From a virus (lineage: Duplodnaviria > Caudoviricetes): a stretch of DNA of 27,186 nucleotides. The translations under genes and the position numbers were made by a program. Shown here in pieces: positions 7,614 to 16,048 of this stretch (position 1 is the first letter of the stretch; every line of letters begins with the position of its first letter). Location: positions 1 to 27,186 of the IMG/VR virus record IMGVR_UViG_3300037440_000109; one strand, written 5' to 3'. A model generated the notes under the pieces. It searched no databases. It was not told where the DNA came from and saw nothing but the letters and a program-made list of their open reading frames with translations.

Positions 7614-8911
7614 TACCGCTTGGTCCTCGTTGACCCGTCAGGAGCGATGTACTGAGCGCCGCTCGGTAGGCTATTGTATTCGTCGTCGGACTGAACTCGA
7701 GTTGGCCCACCCTGAGTTCCACCTCCCTGCCCAAACTTCGGCGCCCCCTGAACGTCCCTGTATTCCATCGAATAAGCAGAGCCTATGCGGCGCTTGGATT
7801 CCTCATTGATCTCAATCAACCGATCCAATTCACGGATGAACTGCGGATAGGACTGGGCCTGTTTTAACGCCACAAAGGCATTCTCGAACCGCCCGCCCTC
7901 TGCATCCGAAACATTACCCACGGCGCCACCCGTCTTCGACGCCTCACGCATCGCGCCCAATGCCGATATGAAAGCCTGAGACTTGAGCGTTTCGAGCAAC
8001 GATGCAGCATCGGCTGCGGGAGTCCCTGGAATGCCCGACAACTGAGCGCCGCCGAATCCGGTGGCGGACTTTAACCCTGGATGATCGCGCAGAATTTTAG
8101 CCTGCTCAGTGAATCGGTCGATTTGGCCGACAGCGTACTCAGCGGCCTTGAATGCCACCGGTGCCGTGTTCTGAAGCTCAACACGTCGCTCCGCAGTGCC
8201 CTTCGCCTCCACCTGCCCAGGGATCGCTTGCGTTACCGCGGCTTCGGTTCCCGCTCGCGTCGCTTGAGCGATCGTCCCAGCGGCCCCAGCCGTCTGTTGC
8301 AACGACGACAGCGGGACCTGAAACGGCTGCCCGTTCTCAGAGACTCCGGTCAACGTCGGGACGCCGTTCACGTCCATGATCCGCGTTTGCCCTGCGCGAC
8401 TTGACAGCCCTAACTGAATCCTACGAGCCTGATCGACATCCTCCGGCGACATTCCTCTCGTCATCCCGCCGAAGGTTTGCAGCTCAGACGTTTGCGCTTG
8501 AGGTGCACCAGCGCCCTGCACTCTCGCCTGATCGACGAACTGCTGAAGCTTCGCAGCGTCATACGGCTGATTGAATTCTTGAGGGATCAGTCCACGTTTC
8601 TTGCCTTCATCGATCAGCGTCGGCCAGGCACCGGGGTTTTTCAGCGCATACTCAGAAGCGCCTACGAACCATTGAGTTTTCTGATCCTGCTGTGCTGAGC
8701 TAAACGCCTCTTGCTGCCGTCCCTCTTGCGCTTGAGCCCGCTGATTCTGAGCACCTGCGATCTCGTAGTCTTGCTTCATCAATGCGTTTTGCATCGGGAT
8801 CTGATCGGCGGTGTTTTTGAGCAAAGCGTTTGTGTACCGAGATCGATCGATCTGCGCCAAGTCCGGACCGCGGAAATTGCGGCTCACAAACCCTGCGATA
8901 TCTACAGCCAC
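7613..8911 (-). CDS. DNA ejection protein, gp20 position, 432 aa
   Basis: Gln/Ala-rich helical protein with GGAVGNVSDAEG and C-terminal LPSGAQYIAPDGSTRTK motifs, typical of podovirus internal proteins. Synteny supports the call. Confidence 0.65.
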   Translation of the reverse strand: MAVDIAGFVSRNFRGPDLAQIDRSRYTNALLKNTADQIPMQNALMKQDYEIAGAQNQRAQAQEGRQQEAFSSAQQDQKTQWFVGASEYALKNPGAWPTLIDEGKKRGLIPQEFNQPYDAAKLQQFVDQARVQGAGAPQAQTSELQTFGGMTRGMSPEDVDQARRIQLGLSSRAGQTRIMDVNGVPTLTGVSENGQPFQVPLSSLQQTAGAAGTIAQATRAGTEAAVTQAIPGQVEAKGTAERRVELQNTAPVAFKAAEYAVGQIDRFTEQAKILRDHPGLKSATGFGGAQLSGIPGTPAADAASLLETLKSQAFISALGAMREASKTGGAVGNVSDAEGGRFENAFVALKQAQSYPQFIRELDRLIEINEESKRRIGSAYSMEYRDVQGAPKFGQGGGTQGGPTRVQSDDEYNSLPSGAQYIAPDGSTRTKR

Positions 8912-9846
8912 GGATTCGGCCCTCCGCTCGGTTGTCGCCGTCTCGGCGCGCCGCGATACAAGAAGTTTGACGCTACGTCCGAAGCTCCGCCTGCAAGGGC
9001 TGCGCCTTGGCCTAAAATACCGCTCGCTCGGGCATCTCCACCGGCTAGCAAGGCATTGCCTACGTTCGCCGCTGAATTGGCCCCCGCTGCGGCACTTTGC
9101 GCCGTTCCGGTCTGCCCAATGCCCGCGAGAGACGCTTGGCGGTTGAAGTAATTGCCGAACTCGCCCGCCGCAAGCCCAGAGCTGAACTCGGTTAGAGCTC
9201 GAAGCGCATTACCGCTCGCAGCACCCCCTCTTGCTGCAAAGCTGTTCTCAATTCCTCGCGTACCTTCGGTGCGTCGAAAATTGTAGTCCGGCGAGGCGAA
9301 GAAATTACTGTAATCCGGTGCCGTAGCCGGCGGTTGTGCCGGTTGGCCCGGTTGCCCTGGCTGCCCGGTGGCCGGTTGCCCCGATTCAGGGCCAAACCCT
9401 TGCGCCTGCCAGTTCACGTCCGAAAGATTGGCAGCGTTACGAATCACGCCCCATTGCTGGGACAGCATCGCTTGCGTCTCTGGACTGACAGGAGGCCCGT
9501 TCGGGAAGCCATGTGCCGCCCAATTGATGTCCTCGAACCTCGCTGCTGATCGGATCGTCGGCCACAACCCAGCGATGGCTTGGAAGTCCTGAGATTGGAT
9601 CGGCGAATTGCCTGCGGTGGTTTGAGGCTGAGCCGGTGAATAGCCGTAGATCCCGCCCAGTGAGTTTAGGGCTTGATTGCCGATGTTACGTGCATTGGCC
9701 GTATCACCGCGAACGAGATCGAACTGACGGCGACTCTCAGCGGCAGCCGCATCGGACGAGCCGGATATTTCATCGGCTGCACGATTGGCAGAGTTGGCGC
9801 CGAGAAGTGCTCCACCGATAGAAACTCCGGCAGCGATCCAGCTCAC
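8902..9846 (-). CDS. DNA transfer/ejection protein, P22 gp7-like, 314 aa
   Basis: Gly/Ala hydrophobic N-terminus, and SPDYNFRRTEGTRGIENSFAARGGAASGNALRAL matches the gp7-like SPGYQF...AARG..SG.. motif. Confidence 0.8.
   Translation of the reverse strand: MSWIAAGVSIGGALLGANSANRAADEISGSSDAAAAESRRQFDLVRGDTANARNIGNQALNSLGGIYGYSPAQPQTTAGNSPIQSQDFQAIAGLWPTIRSAARFEDINWAAHGFPNGPPVSPETQAMLSQQWGVIRNAANLSDVNWQAQGFGPESGQPATGQPGQPGQPAQPPATAPDYSNFFASPDYNFRRTEGTRGIENSFAARGGAASGNALRALTEFSSGLAAGEFGNYFNRQASLAGIGQTGTAQSAAAGANSAANVGNALLAGGDARASGILGQGAALAGGASDVASNFLYRGAPRRRQPSGGPNPWL
9391..9582 (-). repeat. Two-copy ~28-aa internal protein repeat in the gp7-like gene
   Basis: QAIAGLWPTIRSAARFEDINWAAHGF vs QAMLSQQWGVIRNAANLSDVNWQAQGF. 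Confidence 0.8.
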
Positions 9847-10247
9847 TTGACTACCTCCAACGCTTTGAAATTCGGCGCGATCAATTCAGCTTCGAGCTTG
9901 TCCAAGTCCGTTTCCTCGCTCGCGTGGATCGTTGTCCATACGGTTTCCTCCAACGCCAGACCAGCACGTTTCGTCCCCGGAGGCGCTACAAAGCAGCAAG
10001 GAGCTTCAATGACCCGCTCCCCTTCCTCGGTCACGACCGCGATCTTGCCTTGCGACACAATGTTCAAGTGCGCGGTACGATGAATTTTGCCGGTCACCAA
10101 CGCACCCTTTGGTATTCGGATTTCCCTGGCGTAAATTCCCTCTGCGAAATAGTGCGTCGTCTCAATCTCTAGCTGCGGCTCTTTCAACATCGCAGCCTCA
10201 AGGCGCTCGATGTTGTCTCGCGTGACTTTTTTGGCGACCTCGTTCAC
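9843..10247 (-). CDS. Cupin-fold phage protein (134 aa)
   Basis: HYFAEGIYAREIRIPKGALVTGKIHRTAHLNIVSQG...PGTKR...TVWTTIH pattern, a family often found before podovirus ejection genes. Confidence 0.75.
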   Translation of the reverse strand: MNEVAKKVTRDNIERLEAAMLKEPQLEIETTHYFAEGIYAREIRIPKGALVTGKIHRTAHLNIVSQGKIAVVTEEGERVIEAPCCFVAPPGTKRAGLALEETVWTTIHASEETDLDKLEAELIAPNFKALEVVK

Positions 10248-10714
10248 GCCGTGATCCCAAGATTGTTCAGCGCATCCCGCAGACCGTTGATCGCGATCTC
10301 TATCGCCCCGAAGTTGCTGTTGAGCTCGGCGTCTTGACCAGTGCCGGAAATTCCGAGTATCGCGGGCGCTCCCGGATCAGTCTGAACACCCGCGGGCGTC
10401 TGGCTGAAAAACCCAACCGTCCCGTTGATCTGAATGTCACCGGTAAATACCCAGTCAAATGCCTCGTGAATGGCTTCTTGCAACGCTGCAAGCTGGGTCG
10501 CGGTCAGCTCCTGCACAACTCCAGCACTTGACAGCCGTCCCAATACCACGTCAGCGGCCACCTCCTGAATCTTGGCGTAAGTGACCGCTTCGTCATTGAT
10601 AGCAGCCGTCGTGACGGTATTGTCGTCGGCGTGGATCTGTTGCTCGCGACACCATGTCGCGGTTTGTCGCGAGTCCATATCCTTGAACGGAACTGCGCCG
10701 GGGCTGAGTGGCAT
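10244..10714 (-). CDS. Tail needle / short fibre candidate (gp26 position), 156 aa
   Basis: Follows the gp10-like gene. Contains the fibre-type motif INDEAVTYAKIQ...LGR and a C-terminal helix INGLRDALNNLGI. Confidence 0.55.
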   Translation of the reverse strand: MPLSPGAVPFKDMDSRQTATWCREQQIHADDNTVTTAAINDEAVTYAKIQEVAADVVLGRLSSAGVVQELTATQLAALQEAIHEAFDWVFTGDIQINGTVGFFSQTPAGVQTDPGAPAILGISGTGQDAELNSNFGAIEIAINGLRDALNNLGITA

Positions 10715-12102
10715 TACAAGCGCCCTCCCCTAACTTCCACTTGGGTGTCCACCAAAGTCACCCTAACCGGATCAGACACAGCCCCCCGATAGACTCTCTG
10801 TCTCGCGCTCCCCAAGGCATTCCAAATCACTCGCTGCTGATACGCACCAATGGCCCCAAGACTTCGAGTCGGCATGCTGGTGAACGTTTTTCCACCATCG
10901 TCGGAGTAGTCAAGCATCACCTGAGGATCAGCTCCTTGCCCTGTGGTGAGCCCTACTCCAACCTCAAATACCATCTCCAACCGATCGTGAAAGGCTCGGT
11001 TTTGCTCTGCGTAGATCGGCTGATAGGTGAACTCCATCCGTTGTGTGACACCAAAGTCCGCATACGTCGAAGGATCAAGCTCGGCTATCTTGTTGCTGGT
11101 CGTATCCCCGATCAGAGTTAAACCTAAAAAGCTGACCGGATGTCCCAGGTTCCATTTGGTTTCTGCATACGTCTGCCGCTCGTGCCACGCCTGAGTGGTC
11201 GCGTCGTAGACAAACGTCCCTTCGGAGAACGTGAGCACGTAGAACAAATGGCCGTCTTGGGTGTATGTCCATCCCACTGCGGTAGAAATGGTGGCATCGA
11301 CGATCTTCTGTTCGATCGCGTGAGTGGATACTCTGATGGGCGTGACCCCATCCAATCGCCTGACCGTGAAATCGCTCGCGAGCCAAAACACGGAGTTGTC
11401 GAGCTTGGCGATGGTCTTGCCGTTCAGACATCCCAACTCAATGAAGCCGTTAATCGCCCGCGCGAAAGGGAACGCTCCTGCCGCTGCGTCGTTCTGCCAA
11501 ATCTCGGTGGAAAGCTCACCGAATAACAGAGCTTGTAAATGATCGACTTTGAAGCCGACCATCTCGTCCGGACTGCCTTCGGCTGTGGCGAAGTCGAGCG
11601 CATCGTAGGACGTCGCCGATCCTAACTCAGCCCCGAAGAAACGACCGGTGTTGGGCTCTCTGAACAGCAGGTAGTTGTTCAAGAACTCTACGTCTCCCGC
11701 ACCCCTGGACGTGAAATCGGCATCGGTGATTTGACCGAATACAGTGCCGTCCCAATAAAAGGCATCGGGCTCGTTCACGACGACGATAGACGACGTGTTG
11801 GAGTCGATATCGATGTTCCCTGGAGACCCGACAGACCCCAACAGAGTCTTAGCCTTGTTGGCGTCCACCCTCCACAATTCAGGCCCAGAGACGACGAACA
11901 AATACCCCATCGCAGCGTGCATGCCTGCAATCGGCCCCGTCCCTACCGTCGTCCATGACTTCGCCGCAGGAGCTCGGTTGAGCAGATACGGTGTCTTGGC
12001 ATCCGGAGGGAGCTTTTCCGCGTAGCAGTTGACCAACCGCGAGGGTGCAGCTTGCGCGCTGCGCAGGTTGTAGCTGTGCAGCGGTAATGTAATCCGAGCC
12101 AT
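10714..12102 (-). CDS. Packaged-DNA stabilization protein / tail hub, P22 gp10-like, 462 aa
   Basis: Motifs ALDFATAEGSPD, STHAIEQ, YTQDGHLFYVLTF, WHER, SDDGGKTF and LGAIGAY...W..LG. Size and position match. Confidence 0.9.
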   Translation of the reverse strand: MARITLPLHSYNLRSAQAAPSRLVNCYAEKLPPDAKTPYLLNRAPAAKSWTTVGTGPIAGMHAAMGYLFVVSGPELWRVDANKAKTLLGSVGSPGNIDIDSNTSSIVVVNEPDAFYWDGTVFGQITDADFTSRGAGDVEFLNNYLLFREPNTGRFFGAELGSATSYDALDFATAEGSPDEMVGFKVDHLQALLFGELSTEIWQNDAAAGAFPFARAINGFIELGCLNGKTIAKLDNSVFWLASDFTVRRLDGVTPIRVSTHAIEQKIVDATISTAVGWTYTQDGHLFYVLTFSEGTFVYDATTQAWHERQTYAETKWNLGHPVSFLGLTLIGDTTSNKIAELDPSTYADFGVTQRMEFTYQPIYAEQNRAFHDRLEMVFEVGVGLTTGQGADPQVMLDYSDDGGKTFTSMPTRSLGAIGAYQQRVIWNALGSARQRVYRGAVSDPVRVTLVDTQVEVRGGRL

Positions 12103-12516
12103 TTAGCTGTCGGTCAGAATCCGGCCTTCGCGGTAGAACTTGCCCTCTCCCTGCGGCATATGGCTCATATCCGCAGGCCGCATCTTCTCCACCATGCACT
12201 TACGTTGGATGGTCCCGAAGCCGTCCTCGAGCTTTTTTGCTAATTCCGCCGAAACGGTTGCTCCGTAGGTCGGGGCCAAATCAATCGACAACGCAGCTTT
12301 GACGCCTTTCAGCGCCCACTCAGGAACCGGACAGTCATCGGTGGTCGAGGATTGCTTGAAGTACCCAATCTCGATGTCATTCTCGGTCCACGTCTCCATC
12401 ATCTCGTTGAGCTTGCGTAAACCGTGCGCCCCTTGCTCGGCAGATGCCGAGGCAACCTCGGAGATCACGTTCAGCTCTCTCAGAGCATCTGAGATGACCT
12501 CGATGTTAGTGGCCAC
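12103..12516 (-). CDS. Head-tail adaptor, P22 gp4-like (137 aa)
   Basis: ISDALRELNV...GLRKLNEMMETW...LSIDLAPTYG pattern. GTG start preceded by GGAG. Lies directly upstream of the gp10-like gene. Confidence 0.8.
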   Translation of the reverse strand: MATNIEVISDALRELNVISEVASASAEQGAHGLRKLNEMMETWTENDIEIGYFKQSSTTDDCPVPEWALKGVKAALSIDLAPTYGATVSAELAKKLEDGFGTIQRKCMVEKMRPADMSHMPQGEGKFYREGRILTDS

Positions 12517-13027
12517 AGCGTCTCCGTACCATTTCTTCGGCGATTCTGAACATTTCCTCGTCAGTCATCGTGGACTTAAACATGTTCTCTGCTCTCAAGA
12601 TCAGGCGACAGTTGTCCATCGTGTACCCGCGGCTGTTATCTATCCGGTCAACTGAAGCGACGTGCGAACTATGCCCTGTTTGCGAAGGGTCAAAGGCTGT
12701 GCCCGATAACGCGCTGCCAAGCGCGAACTTTTCTTCGAACCATTGTTCCGTTAAGTCAAACTCCTGGCCGTTCTTTCGGGAGCGTCTGCGTATCTGAGAT
12801 ATGTAGTACGTAGCGCGGTGCGTCCGTCGCCACTTCCTCAAACTCTCGGCAGTTTTTTCTGGGTGCAGTTTGCGGTATCGATGCGTCGCCTCTCTTGACG
12901 GAATAGGATTAGCTGCTCGTCTAGCTGCTGACCTCTGCTTTTCCAAAGGCAACAATCGTTCACGATGTCGTTCCCTATACTCCCTATTGATCCTATTTTT
13001 GTCCTCTCTCTTTGGGTTGGTCGCCAT
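12506..13027 (-). CDS. Free-standing HNH-type (beta-beta-alpha-metal) homing-endonuclease-like protein, 173 aa
   Basis: SVDRIDNSRGYTMDNCRLI...ENMFKS nuclease motif after an Arg-rich helical N-terminus. Interrupts the structural gene cluster. Confidence 0.75.
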   Translation of the reverse strand: MATNPKREDKNRINREYRERHRERLLPLEKQRSAARRAANPIPSREATHRYRKLHPEKTAESLRKWRRTHRATYYISQIRRRSRKNGQEFDLTEQWFEEKFALGSALSGTAFDPSQTGHSSHVASVDRIDNSRGYTMDNCRLILRAENMFKSTMTDEEMFRIAEEMVRRRCGH

Positions 13028-13338
13028 TAGCCTGGGTTCACTCGGCGATACGCGATCGTGACGCTGCCGGTTGCGGAATCGTCCGGATTCACCACCAAAG
13101 AGGTGTCAAACCTAATGCCTGGATACAAAATGCTAGTCCCGGCAGCAGCACTTGCCACCACTGAAACCACTGTCGTCGTGCCGTCTTGGATCGGCAGAAC
13201 GTGCGCCGATAAAACCGTGTTGACGTAGATCCCAAACAAAATGCACGGCCCGGTGAACACCGTGGTTGAGTTATCCGCTACGTTCACAACCGCATACTCA
13301 CACTCGGTGTGCGTCAACCATGCTTCTCTAGTCGCCAT
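13027..13338 (-). CDS. Small beta-rich virion-associated protein (103 aa)
   Basis: GGAGAGG upstream of ATG. The pattern TGPCILFGIYVN...YPGIRFDTSLVV is typical of small genes after capsid genes. Confidence 0.7.
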   Translation of the reverse strand: MATREAWLTHTECEYAVVNVADNSTTVFTGPCILFGIYVNTVLSAHVLPIQDGTTTVVSVVASAAAGTSILYPGIRFDTSLVVNPDDSATGSVTIAYRRVNPG

Positions 13339-13352
13339 CAGGCCCTCTCCAC

Positions 13353-13377
13353 AGAAAGGGGCCGGCGAACCGGCCCC
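13353..13377 (-). terminator. Intrinsic terminator / attenuator after the capsid genes
   Basis: Minus strand GGGGCCGG-TTCG-CCGGCCCC-TTTCT: 8-bp GC stem, UUCG loop and a short U tract. Confidence 0.75.
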
Positions 13378-13387
13378 GAGTTACCCT

Positions 13388-13867
13388 TCAAAATGGTGTA
13401 GCGAGCGTGCCGACGCCCATCATCGTGCCCTCGATGTTCCACACCGTTGAGCTGATCGCGGTCAGGCGAAAATGCCCGCCCACGAGCCGCATCGTGACAT
13501 CGGAGTCCATCACCACATCCACCGTCCCAGTCGGATCGGCTACGAACGTGTCTCCTCCCTCAGCCACCTCCGTGGACGAACCGTCTACGCCCCCGCCGAT
13601 AAAGATGGCAGAGGAGCCTGTTGCGACCGAGTACGTACCCGTCCCGGTCACGTGCACCACGAAATCGAAGTACATACCCACCACCGGAACCGGAAGGGTG
13701 ATCGTCTGGCCCGCCGCGGTGTCGAACGTAATCAACGCCCCGGACTCGCCAGCATTAAGCTGGCGCCCTGTGGTCCATCCGGTAATGACTTCACGATGCA
13801 CGCCGTACAGAGTGCAGCCTTCCGGCGCGCCATAATCGACGCGCTCTCTCGTTGCAGGAATAGCCAT
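13388..13867 (-). CDS. Putative capsid decoration / minor capsid protein (159 aa)
   Basis: Immediately after the coat gene with a strong AAGGAG and before the terminator. Beta-rich, with ESGALITFD...TITLP...GMYFDF. Confidence 0.6.
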   Translation of the reverse strand: MAIPATRERVDYGAPEGCTLYGVHREVITGWTTGRQLNAGESGALITFDTAAGQTITLPVPVVGMYFDFVVHVTGTGTYSVATGSSAIFIGGGVDGSSTEVAEGGDTFVADPTGTVDVVMDSDVTMRLVGGHFRLTAISSTVWNIEGTMMGVGTLATPF

Positions 13868-13890
13868 TGCAGTGTCTCCTTGTTCCTAAT

Positions 13891-15141
13891 TTAGTTCGTG
13901 ATCCGGCACGCCCACTCGGGACGAATGGTTTTGTAGCCGTACAAGATGTCGATACGCATCAGCATCTCGTCATTGCGGATGTCAGACCCCTGCCACACAC
14001 GCAAGCTCAAGTCGTCCTTCCGGCGCCGAACGCACAACGACGCATCCGCCATGATCGGCAAGTCCGCAGTCACGAAGGTGAAAGCGTCCATGTGATACAT
14101 GAGGTTTTGCCGATACACCCCGGAGGCTGCACCGACCAGCACCGTTGCGTCATCCTCCAACTCTGCAAATGCACCGGTAGCAGTCCAGATGTTCTGCCGC
14201 GCTCCGGTGACGTACAGCGTCGGACTGAACGTGAGCGTGTAGTGCGAGCCCGCCGCAGACGAAGCAGCCGTGATGACCAGTTGCTTCAAGTGCGCGTACT
14301 TCTGCTTGGTCTCCGGATGACAGTCAAAGGCCCCCGCGATGGTAAAGACCGATCCAACCGTAGGCAGCGTGGACCCGGCGGCGTCGAAGACCAGCGTAGA
14401 CAGGCCGGCATTCGGTGATGCATCCGCCGCCGCAAGCGCAGCGGTGTCGTCCACCGCCCAAGCAACGTCCGCATCCGCGCCGTTGGTGTGCGTGTGGGTC
14501 CGCTCGTTTTCGTACCAGTCAGCCATTGCGTTGCGAGAGATGAACCCTTCGCGGAACGCCTCGGTCAACTGCTTGCCTTCATGGAAGATGCCCTTGATGC
14601 CGTTCACGACAGATCCCATCGTCACGGAGTCAAACTGCACGGATCTCTGTCCGTCTTTCGGCGCCAACTGCTGATTCAGCTTCGCTCGAGCGTTGGTAAT
14701 CGCCGACATGTCAGCCGACGCACCGACGACAGTTCCTGGAGTTCCCGTGACCTGGTACACATCCTTTGTGACGGACGCCAGCATGTCGCCTTCCACTCCA
14801 GACACGAGCACGGAGAGCGCGGGCGAAATATAGCGCTTGGAAAACTCCTCGATGCTCAGGGAGAGTTCCGCGCCGTTGAACCGCATATCCACACCATCCT
14901 GAGTGGCGACGGTGAGGTTCTGCGATTCCTCCGCCTGGTCCTGAACGTCCATGATCCGAGATCCCTGACGACGCGTGTAGCGGTTCGGCATCCGAATCCG
15001 CAACGTGTCGCCGATCTTCGGCGTGCCTTTGAATGAAGGGTCGAACTGCTGATTCACCGTGCCGATGAACGTCAGCTTTTCGTGCGCAATTTCCAGCGAA
15101 GCGCGCGTAATCTGGTCAACTGTGAGTAAAGTGTTAGCCAC
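13891..15141 (-). CDS. Major capsid protein, P22 coat (gp5) family, 416 aa
   Basis: MANTLLT...KIGDTLRIRMP...RIDILYGYKTIRPEWACRI signature. GTG start with GAGGA upstream. Confidence 0.93.
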   Translation of the reverse strand: MANTLLTVDQITRASLEIAHEKLTFIGTVNQQFDPSFKGTPKIGDTLRIRMPNRYTRRQGSRIMDVQDQAEESQNLTVATQDGVDMRFNGAELSLSIEEFSKRYISPALSVLVSGVEGDMLASVTKDVYQVTGTPGTVVGASADMSAITNARAKLNQQLAPKDGQRSVQFDSVTMGSVVNGIKGIFHEGKQLTEAFREGFISRNAMADWYENERTHTHTNGADADVAWAVDDTAALAAADASPNAGLSTLVFDAAGSTLPTVGSVFTIAGAFDCHPETKQKYAHLKQLVITAASSAAGSHYTLTFSPTLYVTGARQNIWTATGAFAELEDDATVLVGAASGVYRQNLMYHMDAFTFVTADLPIMADASLCVRRRKDDLSLRVWQGSDIRNDEMLMRIDILYGYKTIRPEWACRITN

Positions 15142-15153
15142 TGTCTCGTCCTC

Positions 15154-15978
15154 TTATGCAAGTCCTCGTTTCTTCCTGAACCACTTGGAGAACTCGGCAT
15201 CGCTCATCTGCGACGGATCGCGTGAAACGTTTCCGGGATCTGCGCCACCTAACGTGGGCGCTGGTGCAGGGGCCTTGCTGACAGGCTTTTCGGCGGCTTT
15301 CTTGCGTTCAGCGACGATGCGATCTTCGATACGCGCTATCTCTCGTCCTGCTTGCACAGGGGAGAGCTTGTAAAGCTGCATGGCGACATCTGGATTCTTC
15401 CCGAGGTAATACAGAATCGCCGGCCCCTCTTCGGTGTCCATGATGGCTTCGCCCATCGCTTCGGAAACCGGAGTGGAGTCAGTGACGACCTCGTGATAGT
15501 CCTCTGTCGCTTTTGCGAACTTCTCTACTCGCGTATCGAGCAACTGACGACGACCTTGCGTTTCCTGCTCCTTGCGCCATTGGGCGGCCTCAGTCCTTAC
15601 GGACTCTGCCGCTTGAGTTCTGGCCTCTTGGAACAAGTGCTCTCTGTAAGCATTCTCGTCGTAGTTGAAGTCGGAGAAGTCTTTCGGCTTCGCCGGGGCT
15701 GATGGAGTCGGTTTTGGAGCTTCAGTAGCTCGCTCCTCCAACATCCTCATCAGCCGATCGCTTCGTCTCTGTTCCTCACGCCATCTGCGTGTCAGCTCAT
15801 CGATCCGTCGGTCCTCGCCGCTTTTGCGTCGCGAGGCCGTGTCGCCTGGATCGGTGGCGGCCGGGGATGATTCGGCTTCGCTTCCGGTCGGCTCAGTGAC
15901 GACATCCGTCGTTTGAACCTCTTGGCTCGCGTTCGCATCGGGCAATACTTCGCTCTCAGGTGTTACCTGCTCAGTCAT
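15154..15978 (-). CDS. Scaffolding protein (274 aa)
   Basis: Lies between portal and coat. Acidic N-terminus, RIDELT coiled coil, GPAILYYLGKNP and C-terminal KAPAP...MSDAEFSKW. Confidence 0.85.
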   Translation of the reverse strand: MTEQVTPESEVLPDANASQEVQTTDVVTEPTGSEAESSPAATDPGDTASRRKSGEDRRIDELTRRWREEQRRSDRLMRMLEERATEAPKPTPSAPAKPKDFSDFNYDENAYREHLFQEARTQAAESVRTEAAQWRKEQETQGRRQLLDTRVEKFAKATEDYHEVVTDSTPVSEAMGEAIMDTEEGPAILYYLGKNPDVAMQLYKLSPVQAGREIARIEDRIVAERKKAAEKPVSKAPAPAPTLGGADPGNVSRDPSQMSDAEFSKWFRKKRGLA

Positions 15979-15997
15979 GTGAGAATCCTCGTGGGAT

Positions 15998-16043
15998 CGC
16001 CCGGTATGGCTTACCGGTAAGCGCCCTATCTAGACCCGATAGG
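15998..16043 (-). promoter_or_regulatory. Two tandem hairpins in the scaffold gene leader
   Basis: Minus strand CCTATC-gggtcta-GATAGG, then CGC(tta)CCGGTA-agcca-TACCGG-GCG, just upstream of the GAGGA RBS. Confidence 0.45.
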
Positions 16044-16048
16044 TTGGG

